64,000 nucleotides of DNA from assembly GCA_043228905.1 (NCBI GenBank), contig JBHGNT010000022.1:5518001-5582000 (forward strand), in the 5' to 3' direction. Positions 1 through 11,500 of this stretch are shown piece after piece. The stretch is from Azolla caroliniana. Lineage: Eukaryota > Plantae > Polypodiophyta. A program made the position numbers and the translations under genes. A model generated the notes under the pieces. That model had not been told where the DNA came from and made no database searches. It worked only from the letters and a program-made list of their open reading frames with translations. The first letter of the stretch is position 1, and the number at the start of each line of letters is the position of its first letter.

Positions 1-13
1 ACCTTCTCATATG

Positions 14-732
14 TGACAGGAATACACGTTCCCGATGAACAACGCTCGGCCACAACCGAGCCTAGGATCAAACACAGAAAACGGGTAATGAACGCACGAC
101 ACAGTGAAGAGAAGAGTACACAGGATGTTAACGTGGAAAACCCAAACTAGGGAAAAACCACGACAGCCCACAGACTGCAAACTATCACTATATCACAATG
201 TACAATAGTAAAGCACCAAGGCAACGACCTCGGGCTTGCTATCTACGCCACAGGTGGTGGTTACAACAGAGGCAACGACCTCTTCCTCTCTCTCTCTCTC
301 TCTGTACACAGTTACGTGCTCAAATCTTGCACCAACAAGAATGACAACTACTCAACACAAAGTTTGCCCTAAGTCATATTTATATTAGTATGACATTTTG
401 GCTATTTACAAATATAGCCCCAATGGACTCTCAGAAGCATATTTACGAATATGTCCCTTCATCCGGTGAGCACTTCTCACCGGGCCTTCCCCATCCGGCT
501 CTTGCCGGACACTCGTCATCTGGTTCTCACCAGGCCTTCCTTACCGGGTACTCCACATTCGGTTCTCACCGGTTCTTCTGTTGCCGGGTACTCGTCATCC
601 AGTTCTCACTGGGTCTTCCGTTGCCGGGTACTCCACTTCCGGTTCTCACTGGGTCTTCCGTTGCCGGGTACTCCACATCCAGTTTCTCACTGTTCTTCTC
701 ACTTCCCATCCGGAGGGACCTGTTTCCTAACA
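14..732 (-). repeat. Copia A 3' LTR (719 bp) with about 5 units of a 40-bp tandem repeat at 501-690
   Basis: Matches 4255-4582 plus about 18605-18994; PPT immediately internal. Confidence 0.92.
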
Positions 733-742
733 AACACCCCCT

Positions 743-3700
743 TCACTCCTGCATGGGATGTCTTACTAGTCCGACCCGCTTCCGACATGCATCCAGCTTG
801 TCAAGTATCAGTGTTTTGGTCAACATATCTGACCCATTCTCGGTCGTGTGGATCTTCATCAGCGCGAACTCTCGATCTTCTACTCGCTCTCGGATCCAGT
901 GATACCTACGCTGGATGTGCTTTGTCCTAGAGTGATATGTTGCGTTCTTAGCAAGGTGGATCACACTTTGACTGTCACAATAGAGCCGGTATTCATCTTG
1001 CCAGATACTGAGCTCTCCGATGAAGTCCTTCATCCATAGTATTTCCTTGCCGGCTTCCACAACCGCCATGTACTCCGCTTCCGTGGTTGACAACGCAACC
1101 GTCTTCTGCAGCCTCGATTGCCACGAAACGTCTCCCCTGGCATATGTCATTACATACCCGGATGTAGACCGTCTGGTATCCACATCAGCCGACATGTTCG
1201 AATAGGTAAAACCGTCAAGTTGAGGTTTACCGGAGCCGAATCGGAGACACATATCGAAAGTTCCCTTCAAGTACCGGAGTATCCATTTGACCGCGTTCCA
1301 GTGCTCCTTGTCGGGATTGCTCATAAACTGGCTGACCACTCTGATTGCATATCCTATATCCGGTCGGGTACACACCATTGCGTACATTAAGCTCTTGATG
1401 GCAAAGGCATATGGAACCTTCATCATATCACCCTTCTCTGCTTTCGTCTTCGGGCTTTGCTTACTGGATAATCTACAGTTTGCCGGGAGTGTCGATCCGA
1501 CTGATTTCGCTTCTAACATGTTGAACCGTTGAAGCACCTTTGTCACGTATTTCTCATGTGATAGCCACAATTGCTTCGTTGGCCAGTTCCGGATGATATG
1601 CATCCCCAGTGTTTGTCTTGCCGGACCCAAGTCTTTCATCGCGAAAGTTCAGTTGAGAGCCTTCTTCAGCATCCGTATTCTGGCTTGGTTCCATCCGACG
1701 ATCAACATGTCGTCCACGTACAGAAGGAGTATCAGGAAGTCGCCTCCTTCGAACTTCTTCACAAATATGCAGTGATCGGCCTGCGTCTTGTGGTACCCTT
1801 GATCAGTCATGAAGGAGTCGAACTTCCGGTACCATTGTGGGGGAGCCTGCTTCACTCCGTACAAGCTCTTCTTCAACCAGCAAACCAGGTGCTCCTTCCA
1901 TTTCTCCACGAATCCTTCCGGTTGCTGCATGTAGATCATCTCTTCGAGGTCACCGTGAAGGAATGTCGTCTTCACGTCCAATTGCTCTACCTCGAGGTCC
2001 ATGCTTGCCGCTATACTCAGCACCGTCCCGATGGAGGTCATCTTTACTACCAGGGCAAATATCTCGTCGAAGTCCACACCCTTCTTCTGTTGGAACCACT
2101 TCTCCACGATCCTGACTTTGTATCTCGGGGGTTGCCGGCATCTCCCGATTTCAACTTGTACACTCACTTGTTTCGGAGTGCCCGCTTTCCTTTTGGCAAC
2201 TCCACCAATTCGTACGTATGGTTCTCATGCAGGGAATCCATCTCATCCTGCATGGCACTTAACCATTTGCGGTTGTGGGTGTCATCCTTCACTTCTTCGA
2301 AGCTTTCCGGCTCTCCCACATCGGTCAGCAGCGCATGCTCTGCATCCGGAAATCTCCGGGGGGGCCTTCTCTCTCTGAGAGGATATCTCCTTCTTTGGCT
2401 TTCGGCAACCGGCTCCTTTATTTGTTCTTCATCTAAATCCAATTCGGGATCTTGGCCGGTTCCGATTTTAGCTTCCTCTACTTCTTCTTCTGCCTGTTCG
2501 GTATCCTCACCGTAGCCGGCTGGTTCCTCGAGTGTCAACCGGCTCTTAGCCGGGTGTGTCTGAATCTCATTGGAGTTCATTATCTTCTTCTCCAGCTCTT
2601 TCCATGCTCGCGTGGAGCTCTTTGAAAACGGATAACACCTGATCCTTTGTCTTCAACAATGTGGCCCACATCTACCGGTTGTGGTCATCTATGAACGTCA
2701 CAAAGTACTGCGATCCGGCATGTGACTTCGTGTCCACTTGACATACATCAGTATGCACCAATTCCAAGGGTGCATTACGTCTCATCGGTGGCCTCGATCG
2801 GAAGGAGGTCCGGTTTTGTTTACCAACCAGACAATCAGTGCACTTCTCCAAGTGCACGTTCTTCACTGGAATGAGGTTGTCGTCTGCAAGCCTCTTCATC
2901 CCCTTCTCGCTCATGTGACACAGCCTCTTGTGCCACAGCTCACCGGCAGTGTTGGAAGCCATGTTCACTTCTTCCGGGCATAACCAGGCATTCATCAGGT
3001 ACACCGTGTTTACCTTCCGGGCCCGAGCCACAATCAGGCTCCCTTTGCGGAACTTCATAACACCGTTCCGGATGCTACCCGTGTAGCCTTCATCATCTAG
3101 CCGACCGGCTGATATCAGGTTCAGACGAACCTCCGGAACGTGTCAGACATCCTTCACAAGCAGCTCGCATCCGGTTGGTGTTGTCAACCACACGTCTCCT
3201 ATGCCGACAATTCGACATGTACCTTCATTCCCCATCCGGACACAGCTGTGATCATCGGCTGAGGAGGATGAGAAGCATTTCCGGTTTGGGGTAAGGTGGA
3301 ACGACGCTACGGAGTCAACCACCTAGGTCATCTCGTCGCCAGCAAGGTTTAGCTCACTCTCCTCGGTGATGAGCATCAACTATTCTTCACTTGCCGCAAT
3401 TGCGTCTGTTCCCCTCCGGTCTTTACCGTTCCGGTCCGGTGTCCGCTTCGAATCAGTGTCATCGGTTTCCTTGTCTTTTCGCAAGTGCCGACAGTTTTTC
3501 TCGGAGTGTCCCAGCTTGCCGCAATAGAAGCAGGTAGGCCTCCCCCTTGACTTTAACCGTGTCCTCGTCTTCTCCCGGTTCTGGGGACTACGGTTCCGTT
3601 GTCTTCCGCGTTCCGATTCGGTAATGAACGCTTTGGAGTCGGAGTTCGTATCTTTGTCTTTCCAACGCGCCTCCTCATCTAGCAAGCTCGACTTCACTCT

Positions 3701-4223
3701 TGCTAGGGATAACCGTTTCCCTTCTGGCCCGGCGTTGCCCAGAGTGACAACCAACGTCTCCCATCTATCTGGGAGGGAACCGAGCAGGAGCAGTGCTAGT
3801 ACCTCATCAGCGAGAGGTACTTCCAATGATGTTGCCTAGTGGATCAGCCCCTAGAGGCATTCATGTGCTCCGTCATGCTGGAGTCATCTTGGTACCGGAG
3901 TCTTACTAGCTTCCGAAATACCGAAACTTGATTAACAACATTTTTGTTCTGAAACATAATGTCGATCTTCTCCCAAAGCTCATGAGGCTTGCTCTCTTCA
4001 TTGAAGTTGTTGTATAGACTCATGTCGATGAGCACTATATGTACGCCGTTTTCTTCATGTGCATCACCTCCCATATCGTGGCGTCGATTTTGTCCGTTCT
4101 CTTGTCCCCGAACTGAACCGCCAACCAAAGATCTTTAACCACGAGCATGTCCCTCATCTTCGACTTCCACACCGAATAGTTGGAGCCGGTGAGCTTGAAC
4201 ATGCCTCCCAACGAATCGCCCAT
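743..4223 (-). pseudogene. Copia A gag-pol, disrupted
   Basis: Zinc knuckle CFYCGKLGHSEKNC, GAG-pre-integrase WHKRLCH, RT YVDD, RNase H STTEAEY and DMLTK; stops, frameshifts and a deletion near 2597. Confidence 0.92.
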
Positions 4224-4254
4224 TTTCTGTGTCGTTTCGCTTTGATACGCACTT

Positions 4255-4523
4255 TGACAGGAATACACGCTCCTGATGAACAACGCTCGCCCACAACCGA
4301 GCCTAGGATCAAACACAAAAAACGGGTAATGCACGCACGACACAGTGAAGAGAATAGTACACAGGATGTTTACGTGGAAAACCCAAACACGAGAAAAACC
4401 ACGGCAACCCACAAACTGCAAACTATCACTATATCATAATGTACAATAGTAAAGCACCGAGGCAACGACCTCGAGCTTGCTATCTTCTCCACAGGTGGCG
4501 GTTACAACAGACGCAATGACCTC

Positions 4524-4582
<59 letters not shown>
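4255..4582 (-). repeat. Copia A 5' LTR, PBS-proximal part, ending in (CT)28
   Basis: Near-identical to 14-303; broken by the LINE. Confidence 0.9.
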
Positions 4583-4585
<3 letters not shown>

Positions 4586-4848
4586 AAAGCTTTCTATAAG
4601 TTCACTCCGGCCATCGTTTTCTACGTTCTATAGCTCAATGGAGATCTCTTTGAGAGAGCTTTCTAAAGAATGTTCATTTACTGAATTCCGTTACCGTGGT
4701 GAGAAGTTATGAGCATTTTCATCCGCAGCCATCTTTGCCCCACGGTTCCTCAAACGGAAGGTAGATTTTGAAGCCCTAAATCGAGTGAAAGGTACATTCT
4801 CTCTCCTTCCCTCTCTGTCTCTCTTTTCCCGTAGGGTTTGTCCCTACA

Positions 4849-5718
4849 ATGGCAAATACTCGTAAAACCGCCGCAAAGTTCGGGGGTATGATTGATAATG
4901 AGCCGAGATCACCAACAAATCTCGATTCTAATGCAATGGACAAAATGCTTATGAGTCACTTGATTTCTCTTCAAGAAACCATAAACAAGCAAGGTGAAGA
5001 GATTAGGATGTTAATGAAAGAGAATACTAAGCTCCAAAGTGTTGTCATTGAGAATGAAAGTCTTAAACAAGTGGTTGCAAAACTTCAAGAAGAGATTCAA
5101 GAATGTAAAAGAGCTTCTTTTGAAACAAACGAGCGCCTTAACAAGATTGAGTTAAAGGAAGCATTAAAAGAAGAAAAATTGGACACGATGAGGCGGGATG
5201 TAAGTGAGATGAAAAATGTATGTACAACGAAGTCATGGGCCGATGTATGTGGTGGGGATGTGCTATCAAACTCATCTAATATGCATGTGATGCATCAAGA
5301 GAAGAATATAGAAAGCATAGATGTCCGAGAATTGAAAGAACGTGAACGACAATCAAAGAACATTGTCGTCTGTGGGATTAAAGAAGAGAGTATTGAAACA
5401 CCCGCATCCCTTGGAAAGGCCATTGGTGAATTTTTTAGCATGCATTATGGGATGTCAGATGTGAATGTATATGGGGCACACCGAGTTGGGAAACATGGTG
5501 TTACTCGCTCCGGAGAAAGGCCTATTGTATGCACAATGACAGATGATACAAAGCGGCGGATCATACTCGAAAATAGTTGGGTATACCTCAAAGGTACACA
5601 ATGCTTTGTGAGTGAAGATCGTACTATCTCACAACAAAATGCTCATCCTAAAGCATATGAAGAAAGATTTAAAAACAAGGTTAAGGATGTGCCTAAAGAT
5701 GGAAATGTAGGCAAATAG
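4849..5718 (+). CDS. LINE ORF1 (coiled coil followed by an RRM-like region)
   Basis: Open 289-aa frame; heptad-rich N-half; NIVVCGIKE..AHRVGK..RPIV..SED motifs typical of LINE ORF1. Confidence 0.85.
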   Translation: MANTRKTAAKFGGMIDNEPRSPTNLDSNAMDKMLMSHLISLQETINKQGEEIRMLMKENTKLQSVVIENESLKQVVAKLQEEIQECKRASFETNERLNKIELKEALKEEKLDTMRRDVSEMKNVCTTKSWADVCGGDVLSNSSNMHVMHQEKNIESIDVRELKERERQSKNIVVCGIKEESIETPASLGKAIGEFFSMHYGMSDVNVYGAHRVGKHGVTRSGERPIVCTMTDDTKRRIILENSWVYLKGTQCFVSEDRTISQQNAHPKAYEERFKNKVKDVPKDGNVGK

Positions 5719-5724
5719 GGACAC

Positions 5725-6851
5725 GTGATCTATGAGACTAACCCACGCCTTTTACGACTATGCTTTTGGAATTGCAATGGATACCCATGGAATGCAGGAT
5801 TTGGCATAGAGGAGTTCACCGATGACTCGGATATCACACTTCTTGTTGAAACATGGGAGCATGATACTCAAAGGATTCAAGGTTTAGGAAACTATAATGT
5901 ACACTCTTTGATATGGAAGAAAAATCCAAGACAAAGAAGAGGACATGGAGGGGTGGCATGTTTGATTAAGAAGGAAATAGAGAAATATGTGTCAATCATA
6001 AAAAATGATGAAAATAAATGCTACATATGGCTCAAAATAGAAACACCTAATGATTTGCCCACTTTTGTAGTTGGATGTTACATTCCTCATCAAGATTCTA
6101 AGTTTTATGCTTGTTTGGATAAAGATCAACCGTTTGCCAATCTAGAAAATGATATTGCTTATTTCAAATCCAAAGGGGAAGTTATTGTCTTTGGTGACAT
6201 GAATGCTCGTACAAGAAGTTTCCAACTTGATTCACAAGAATCTTTCATGCCACATATCTCAAGGATGCAAGAGGATATGCAAATGTATAACCGCTCTTCT
6301 AGCGATGAAAAAGATCTGGACCAATTTGGGAAGTTACTCCTACAAATGTGCAATAGTACCAGATTGCTTATTGCAAATGGTATTTCCTTATGGCCCAACA
6401 CTAATGGTTTTACATGTAGAAAACACAACGGAAATAGTGTGATTGACTATGTGCTACTTTCCGAAGGTATTTTGGATCGTATACATAAATTCTCACTTGG
6501 TGAATGGACACCGGAATCCGATCATAGGCCTTTATGTATTGATCTCAAATGTATGCATAGGTTTGATTGTGAGAAGGCTATTGAAGATAATAAACAACCG
6601 CACTTGAGCATGAACCTTAAGCGAGCACCCATGTACTCCAAGATGGTTGAGGATATGTTACAAATGACAAAGATACAACATGGTGCCACACTAGAATGCA
6701 AATGGGAAGCTTTCAAGAAAGTCATTCTCTCATGCACAAACAAATGTTTTTCGACCAACCGCACATCTTGGAAATGCACCAAGAAACTTAGGAAAAAATG
6801 GTTTGATAAAGAATGTCATGAAGCTCGAAAGTGCCTTATGGTTTTGGACGT
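5725..6851 (+). CDS. LINE ORF2, 5' part: AP-like endonuclease
   Basis: Motifs WNCNG, LVETW, GGVA, GDMNAR, SVIDY, SDHRP; cut by gypsy B; no AUG before the catalytic motifs. Confidence 0.92.
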
Positions 6852-7631
6852 TGTCGTAGTGTAGGTTGCACACTATGTGGAAATTATATTTTTGTCCCTC
6901 CGGATAGAGAATGGAGTGCTCGGTGAGAACCGGAAGAAAACGGCATACCGGCAAGGAGGAAAACGGCATACCGGCAAGGAAGAGTCGGATAAAGAGACAT
7001 AAATGTAAAAAAAAAAAGGGAAATACTCACTACTGCACAGGGCATGATTCGAACTCTGCACCTCCACGTTGACAAACCCCAACCTTACCATTACATTAAC
7101 TTATCTTAAGTGTTTTAAATATAGATTTAATACGTATAAGACCTTTATTTATGCATACCTTTATTAAAAGGTAAATCGTGTATTTTTTTAATATATGAAA
7201 AAGACGAGACACTAAAAATAACTCATGCACATCTAGCGTGCATGAGCCCTATACTTAGGAAATAAAAAAAGCATCACATGCACATTTAGTGGACATGAAC
7301 ACTTTTTGTAAAAAAAAGCATGAAGCCATGCTTAGCTCTTCCTTCCTTATATAAGGAGGAGAGAAATATATAAAGGGTTGTTGATTATTTGGATTAAGTA
7401 TTAATCAATACAAAAATTATTCGTGGGATTCACGATTTATACATCTACTTCTCTCTTAACACCCTAAGTACCAATTAATATAGTATACTCGTGTGATTCA
7501 CGAGTTTCTTATCTTTCTCTTTGCTATTTACTCATAATTAATCTCTATCTCACGAACTTCTTTCTCCTAGTCTAAGACCTCTGTGGTTCCCACCCGACTC
7601 ACGCAACGATCCGGAGCCGAAAGGCACGACA
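6852..7631 (+). repeat. Gypsy B 5' LTR (780 bp)
   Basis: Near-identical to 15475-16277. Confidence 0.95.
7041..7100 (-). promoter_or_regulatory. Antisense tRNA-like A-box/B-box module in the gypsy B LTR (second copy about 15687-15746)
   Basis: Minus strand reads TAATGTAATGGTAAG ... GGAGGTGCAGAGTTCGAATC. Confidence 0.55.
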
Positions 7632-7635
7632 CAGT

Positions 7636-7652
7636 TGGTGAACCCGACGTGA
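7636..7652 (+). promoter_or_regulatory. PBS complementary to the tRNA-Trp 3' end
   Basis: TGGTGAACCCGACGTGA, 4 bp after the LTR. Confidence 0.85.
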
Positions 7653-7669
7653 AGACGGGTGGCAAGGAG

Positions 7670-8588
7670 ATGGAGGCTCAACAAGCTAACAATATGATGG
7701 CGATGTTCGAACGGATGCTTCAAGAACAACGCACGATGTCGGAGATTTCGGCATCAGTAGAGCGGCTCGTGCAACGCAACGGGCAATTTAATGGTAAGGA
7801 TGTGTCACGATATTTGCAGGACTACAAGGCGGAGATGCTCCGGTGCCGGGCTTCGGAAGGACTGCAAGTGACATCCTTTAACCGGGTGGCGACCGACGGG
7901 CTTCAAGGGAGTATCCACGGGTTGCAACAACAAAATCCGACGTGGGAAGCATTCGAAGAGGCGTTAAAGACCACGTTTGCCATCGAGAACTCCTCCAAGG
8001 CAACGCGGAGGGGATTCGAGGATTGGGTGGAAACGTCAAGTAAGGGGCTGAAGGTCCTCGAAGTGTTTTCGACATTCGAAAGTCGGTTCGGGAGGTTGTC
8101 CGCGAGAGATCAAACTATTCTTGCACCGGACAAAGTCATCATGTTTTTGCGAGCTGTGGACGTCCGGGACCGGAAAGATCTCGCAGTGCTTCTTGAGGAC
8201 ACGACCACCGAAAGCGGCCACACCGAAACATGGGAAAGCGTGCGGGATATCGTCGCGCGGTACACGAAGAGGGGGCAATGGCTTGCCAACGAAGAAAAGA
8301 GGGTTTTGGAACCGATTCCGAAACCGAGAACGGGACTGGAAGACCATCAACCGAGGGCTCGGGAGATTACGGCCGAGAAGGGAGTCGACGCGTCTACGGT
8401 GGAGCAGCTGCTGAAGGAGATCGAGAATCTAAAGATCGCGATGGTGAAGAAGTCGGATGACCGCCCCACAAGCTCCAAATATACGGATCGACGGTGCATA
8501 TGGTGCGATAGCGCCGACCACGATCGGAGGGATTGCGACGACCATAAGGAGGCGCTACAACGGGATCTCATCTACTACGAGGGAAACC
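7670..8588 (+). CDS. Gypsy B gag (5' part of the gag-integrase ORF)
   Basis: FNGKDVSRYL capsid-like start; zinc knuckle CIWCDSADHDRRDC. Confidence 0.88.
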
Positions 8589-11500
8589 TGATGGAAATAA
8601 TCGACACTTTCCAAACTTCACCTCTCGGCCACAACCAAGGAAACACACGAATCGTTGTTGCAGAAAATGGGTAATGCAAAAGTAAATAAGTGGACACACG
8701 ATTTAACGTGGAAAACCCTGTACGGGAAAAAACCACGGGAGTACAAGACTCCGAACCAAAACTATGCACAGAGAAATATACAATGGCGAGCTGCAAGGCG
8801 ACGACCTTGAGCTCGCTGTCCTCGCCACAGGCGGCGGAATTACACAGAGGCGTCGACCTCTTCGTCTCTCACGCTCTATCTCTCTCACGGCTGCTCTCTC
8901 TTCACTCCTCTTGAGTGGAAAAACAGAAAAATGAGTAGCAACATCAAAACTGTTTGCCCTAAGTCATATTTATACACATATGACTTTAGGGCTATTTACA
9001 ACTATAGCCTCAAGGGCCCTTGGCAAACATATTCATAGATATGTCCCCGCATCCGGATCTCTCTCTGCGTACATTCGTCGTCCGGCTCCGAAGTCGGGGT
9101 CTTCATCATCCGGTTCCGAAACCGCAACCGGGCTTGTCGTCATTCATCTCCGGACATCCGACCATCCCATCCGGAGGGACCGTAATCCCAACAAACTCCC
9201 CCTTCACTTCGGCATGGGATGTCTCTCCAATCCGATCCTCTTCCGGCATGCTTCCAGCTTGTCGGGTGTGAGCACCTTGGTCAGCATATCCGACCCGTTC
9301 TCGTCCGTATGGATCTTCGTCAGCACGAACTCCTTGTCTTCTATCCTTTCCCGGATCTAGTGATATCTTCGCTGGATGTGCTTCGTCCGGGAGTGATAGG
9401 CCGCGTTCTTCGCAAGGTGGATTGCACTCTGACTGTCGCAGTAGAGTCGGTACTCCTCCTGCCGGATACCGAGCTCTCTAATGAAGTCCTTCATCCATAT
9501 TATTTCCTTGCCGGCTTCAACAGCCGCCATGTACTCCGCCTCCGTGGTTGACAACGCAACCGTCTTCTGCAGCCTCGACTGCTATGAAACAGCTCCCCTT
9601 GCATACGTCATCACATACCCTGATGTGGACCGGCTGGTATCTGCATCAGCCGACATATCCGAATCGGTGAAGCCGTCGAGTTCGGGCTTACCGGAGCCGA
9701 ATCGGAGGCACACGTTTGCCGTGCCCTTCAGGTATCGGAGTATCCACTTGGCCGCGTTCCAATGCTCTTTGCCGGGATTGCTCATGTACCGGCTCACCAC
9801 TCCGACTGCATATCCTATGTCCGATCGGGTACACACCATTGCGTACATCAAGCTCCCGACGGCAGAGGCATATGGTACTTTCATCATGTCCTCCTTCTCA
9901 GCCTTTGTCTTGGGGCTTTGCTTGCTGGACAACTTGCAGTTTGCCGGGAGGGGTGACCCGACCGGTCTTGCTTCCGACATGTTGAACCGGTGAAGCACCT
10001 TTGTCACGTACTTCTCCTGTGACAGCCACAACTGCTTCTTCTTCCGGTCCCGGATGATGTGCATCCCTAGTATTTGCCTCGCCGGACCCAGGTCCTTCAT
10101 TGAGAAGGTTCGGTGAAGCGCTTTGTTCAGCATCCGTATCTTGACCTGGTCCCGTCCGACGATCAACATGTCGTCCACGTACAGGAGGAGTATTAGAAAG
10201 TCTCCTCCTTCGAACTTCTTCACAAACACGCAATGATCGGACTGCGTTTTGTGGTACCCTTCGTCGGTCATGAAAGAGTCGAACTTCCGGTACCATTGCC
10301 GGGGAGCCTGCTTCAGTCCGTAAAGGCTCTTCTTCAACCGGCATACCAGGTGCTCCTTCCCTTTCTTCTCGAATCCTTCCGGTTGCTGCATGTAGATCTC
10401 TTCTTCGAGGTCACCGTGAAGGAATGCCGTCTTCACTTCCATCTGTTCTACATCGAGGTCCACGCTTGCCGCTATGCTCAGCACCGTCCGGATGGAGGTC
10501 ATCTTCACTACCGGGGCAAATATCTCGTCGAAGTCGACGCCCTTCTTCTGCTGGAACCCCTTCACTACGATCCTGGCTTTGTATCTCGGGGGTTTCCGAC
10601 ATCTCTCGGTTTCAGCTTGAACACCCACTTGTTTCGAAGTGCCCGCTTTCCTTTCGGCAACTCCACAAGTTCATATGTGTGGTTCTCATGCAGGGAATCC
10701 ATCTCCTCCTGCATGGCACTTAACCACCTGCGGCTATGGGTGTCATGCTTCGCTTCTTCAAAGCTCTCCGGCTCCCCCTCGTCGATTAGCAGCACGTGCT
10801 CTGGTTCCGGAAATCTCCGGGGAGCCCTTCTCTCTCTTAGAGGATATCTCCGTTCCGGAGCTTCGGTAACCGGTTCTTCCGATTCTTCTTCATCCGAATC
10901 CATTTCGGGATCGGGGCCGGTTCCGGTATCATTTTCATCTTCTTCGGCCGGTTCTGTTTCTTCACCGTCTTCGGCCGGATCTTCGAGGGTTAACCGGTCC
11001 CTTGCCGGTCGGGATTGCTCCTCGTAGAGTTTATCCTCACCGGTCGACTTGGAGCTCTTCATCTTCTTCTCCGACTCCCAGTCGGCGAGTGTCTTGTTCT
11101 CCATGAAGATGATATCACGACTCCGGAATATCTTCTTGTCGACCGGGTCCCATACTCGGTAGCCGAACTCGTCATCGCCGTAACCGAGGAATATGCATGG
11201 CCGGGTCTTTGGATCTAGCTTTCCTCTCCGGTCCTTTGCCACATGCACGTATGCGAGACACCCGAACACCTTCAGATGCCGGTAGGATACTTCCCTACCG
11301 GTCCACACTCTCTGCGGCGTGTCTCCGTCCAAAGGTACTGAGGGTGATCTGTTTATCACGTATGTCGCCGTTGACATCGCCTCAGCCCAAAACCCCTTGG
11401 GTAATTCCGCATGCGCCAGCATACTCCGGACCCTCTCCATTATGGTCCGGTTCATCCTCTCGGCCAGCCTGTTCAGTTCCGGCGTCTTCGGCACAGTAAA

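Noticed and set aside
501-690. Regular 40-bp repeats that could be taken for a CRISPR array
   Set aside because: Contiguous units without unique spacers, located inside LTRs, with no cas genes.
1571-2515. Long antisense ORFs opposite RT (also 10233-11027 and 34103-34795)
   Set aside because: Shadow frames expected from GC-rich codon bias; no recognisable domain.
8575-8700. Gag ORF extension to 8674 and repeated small ORFs such as MDTRFNVENP
   Set aside because: Read-through into, or translation of, copia C LTRs.
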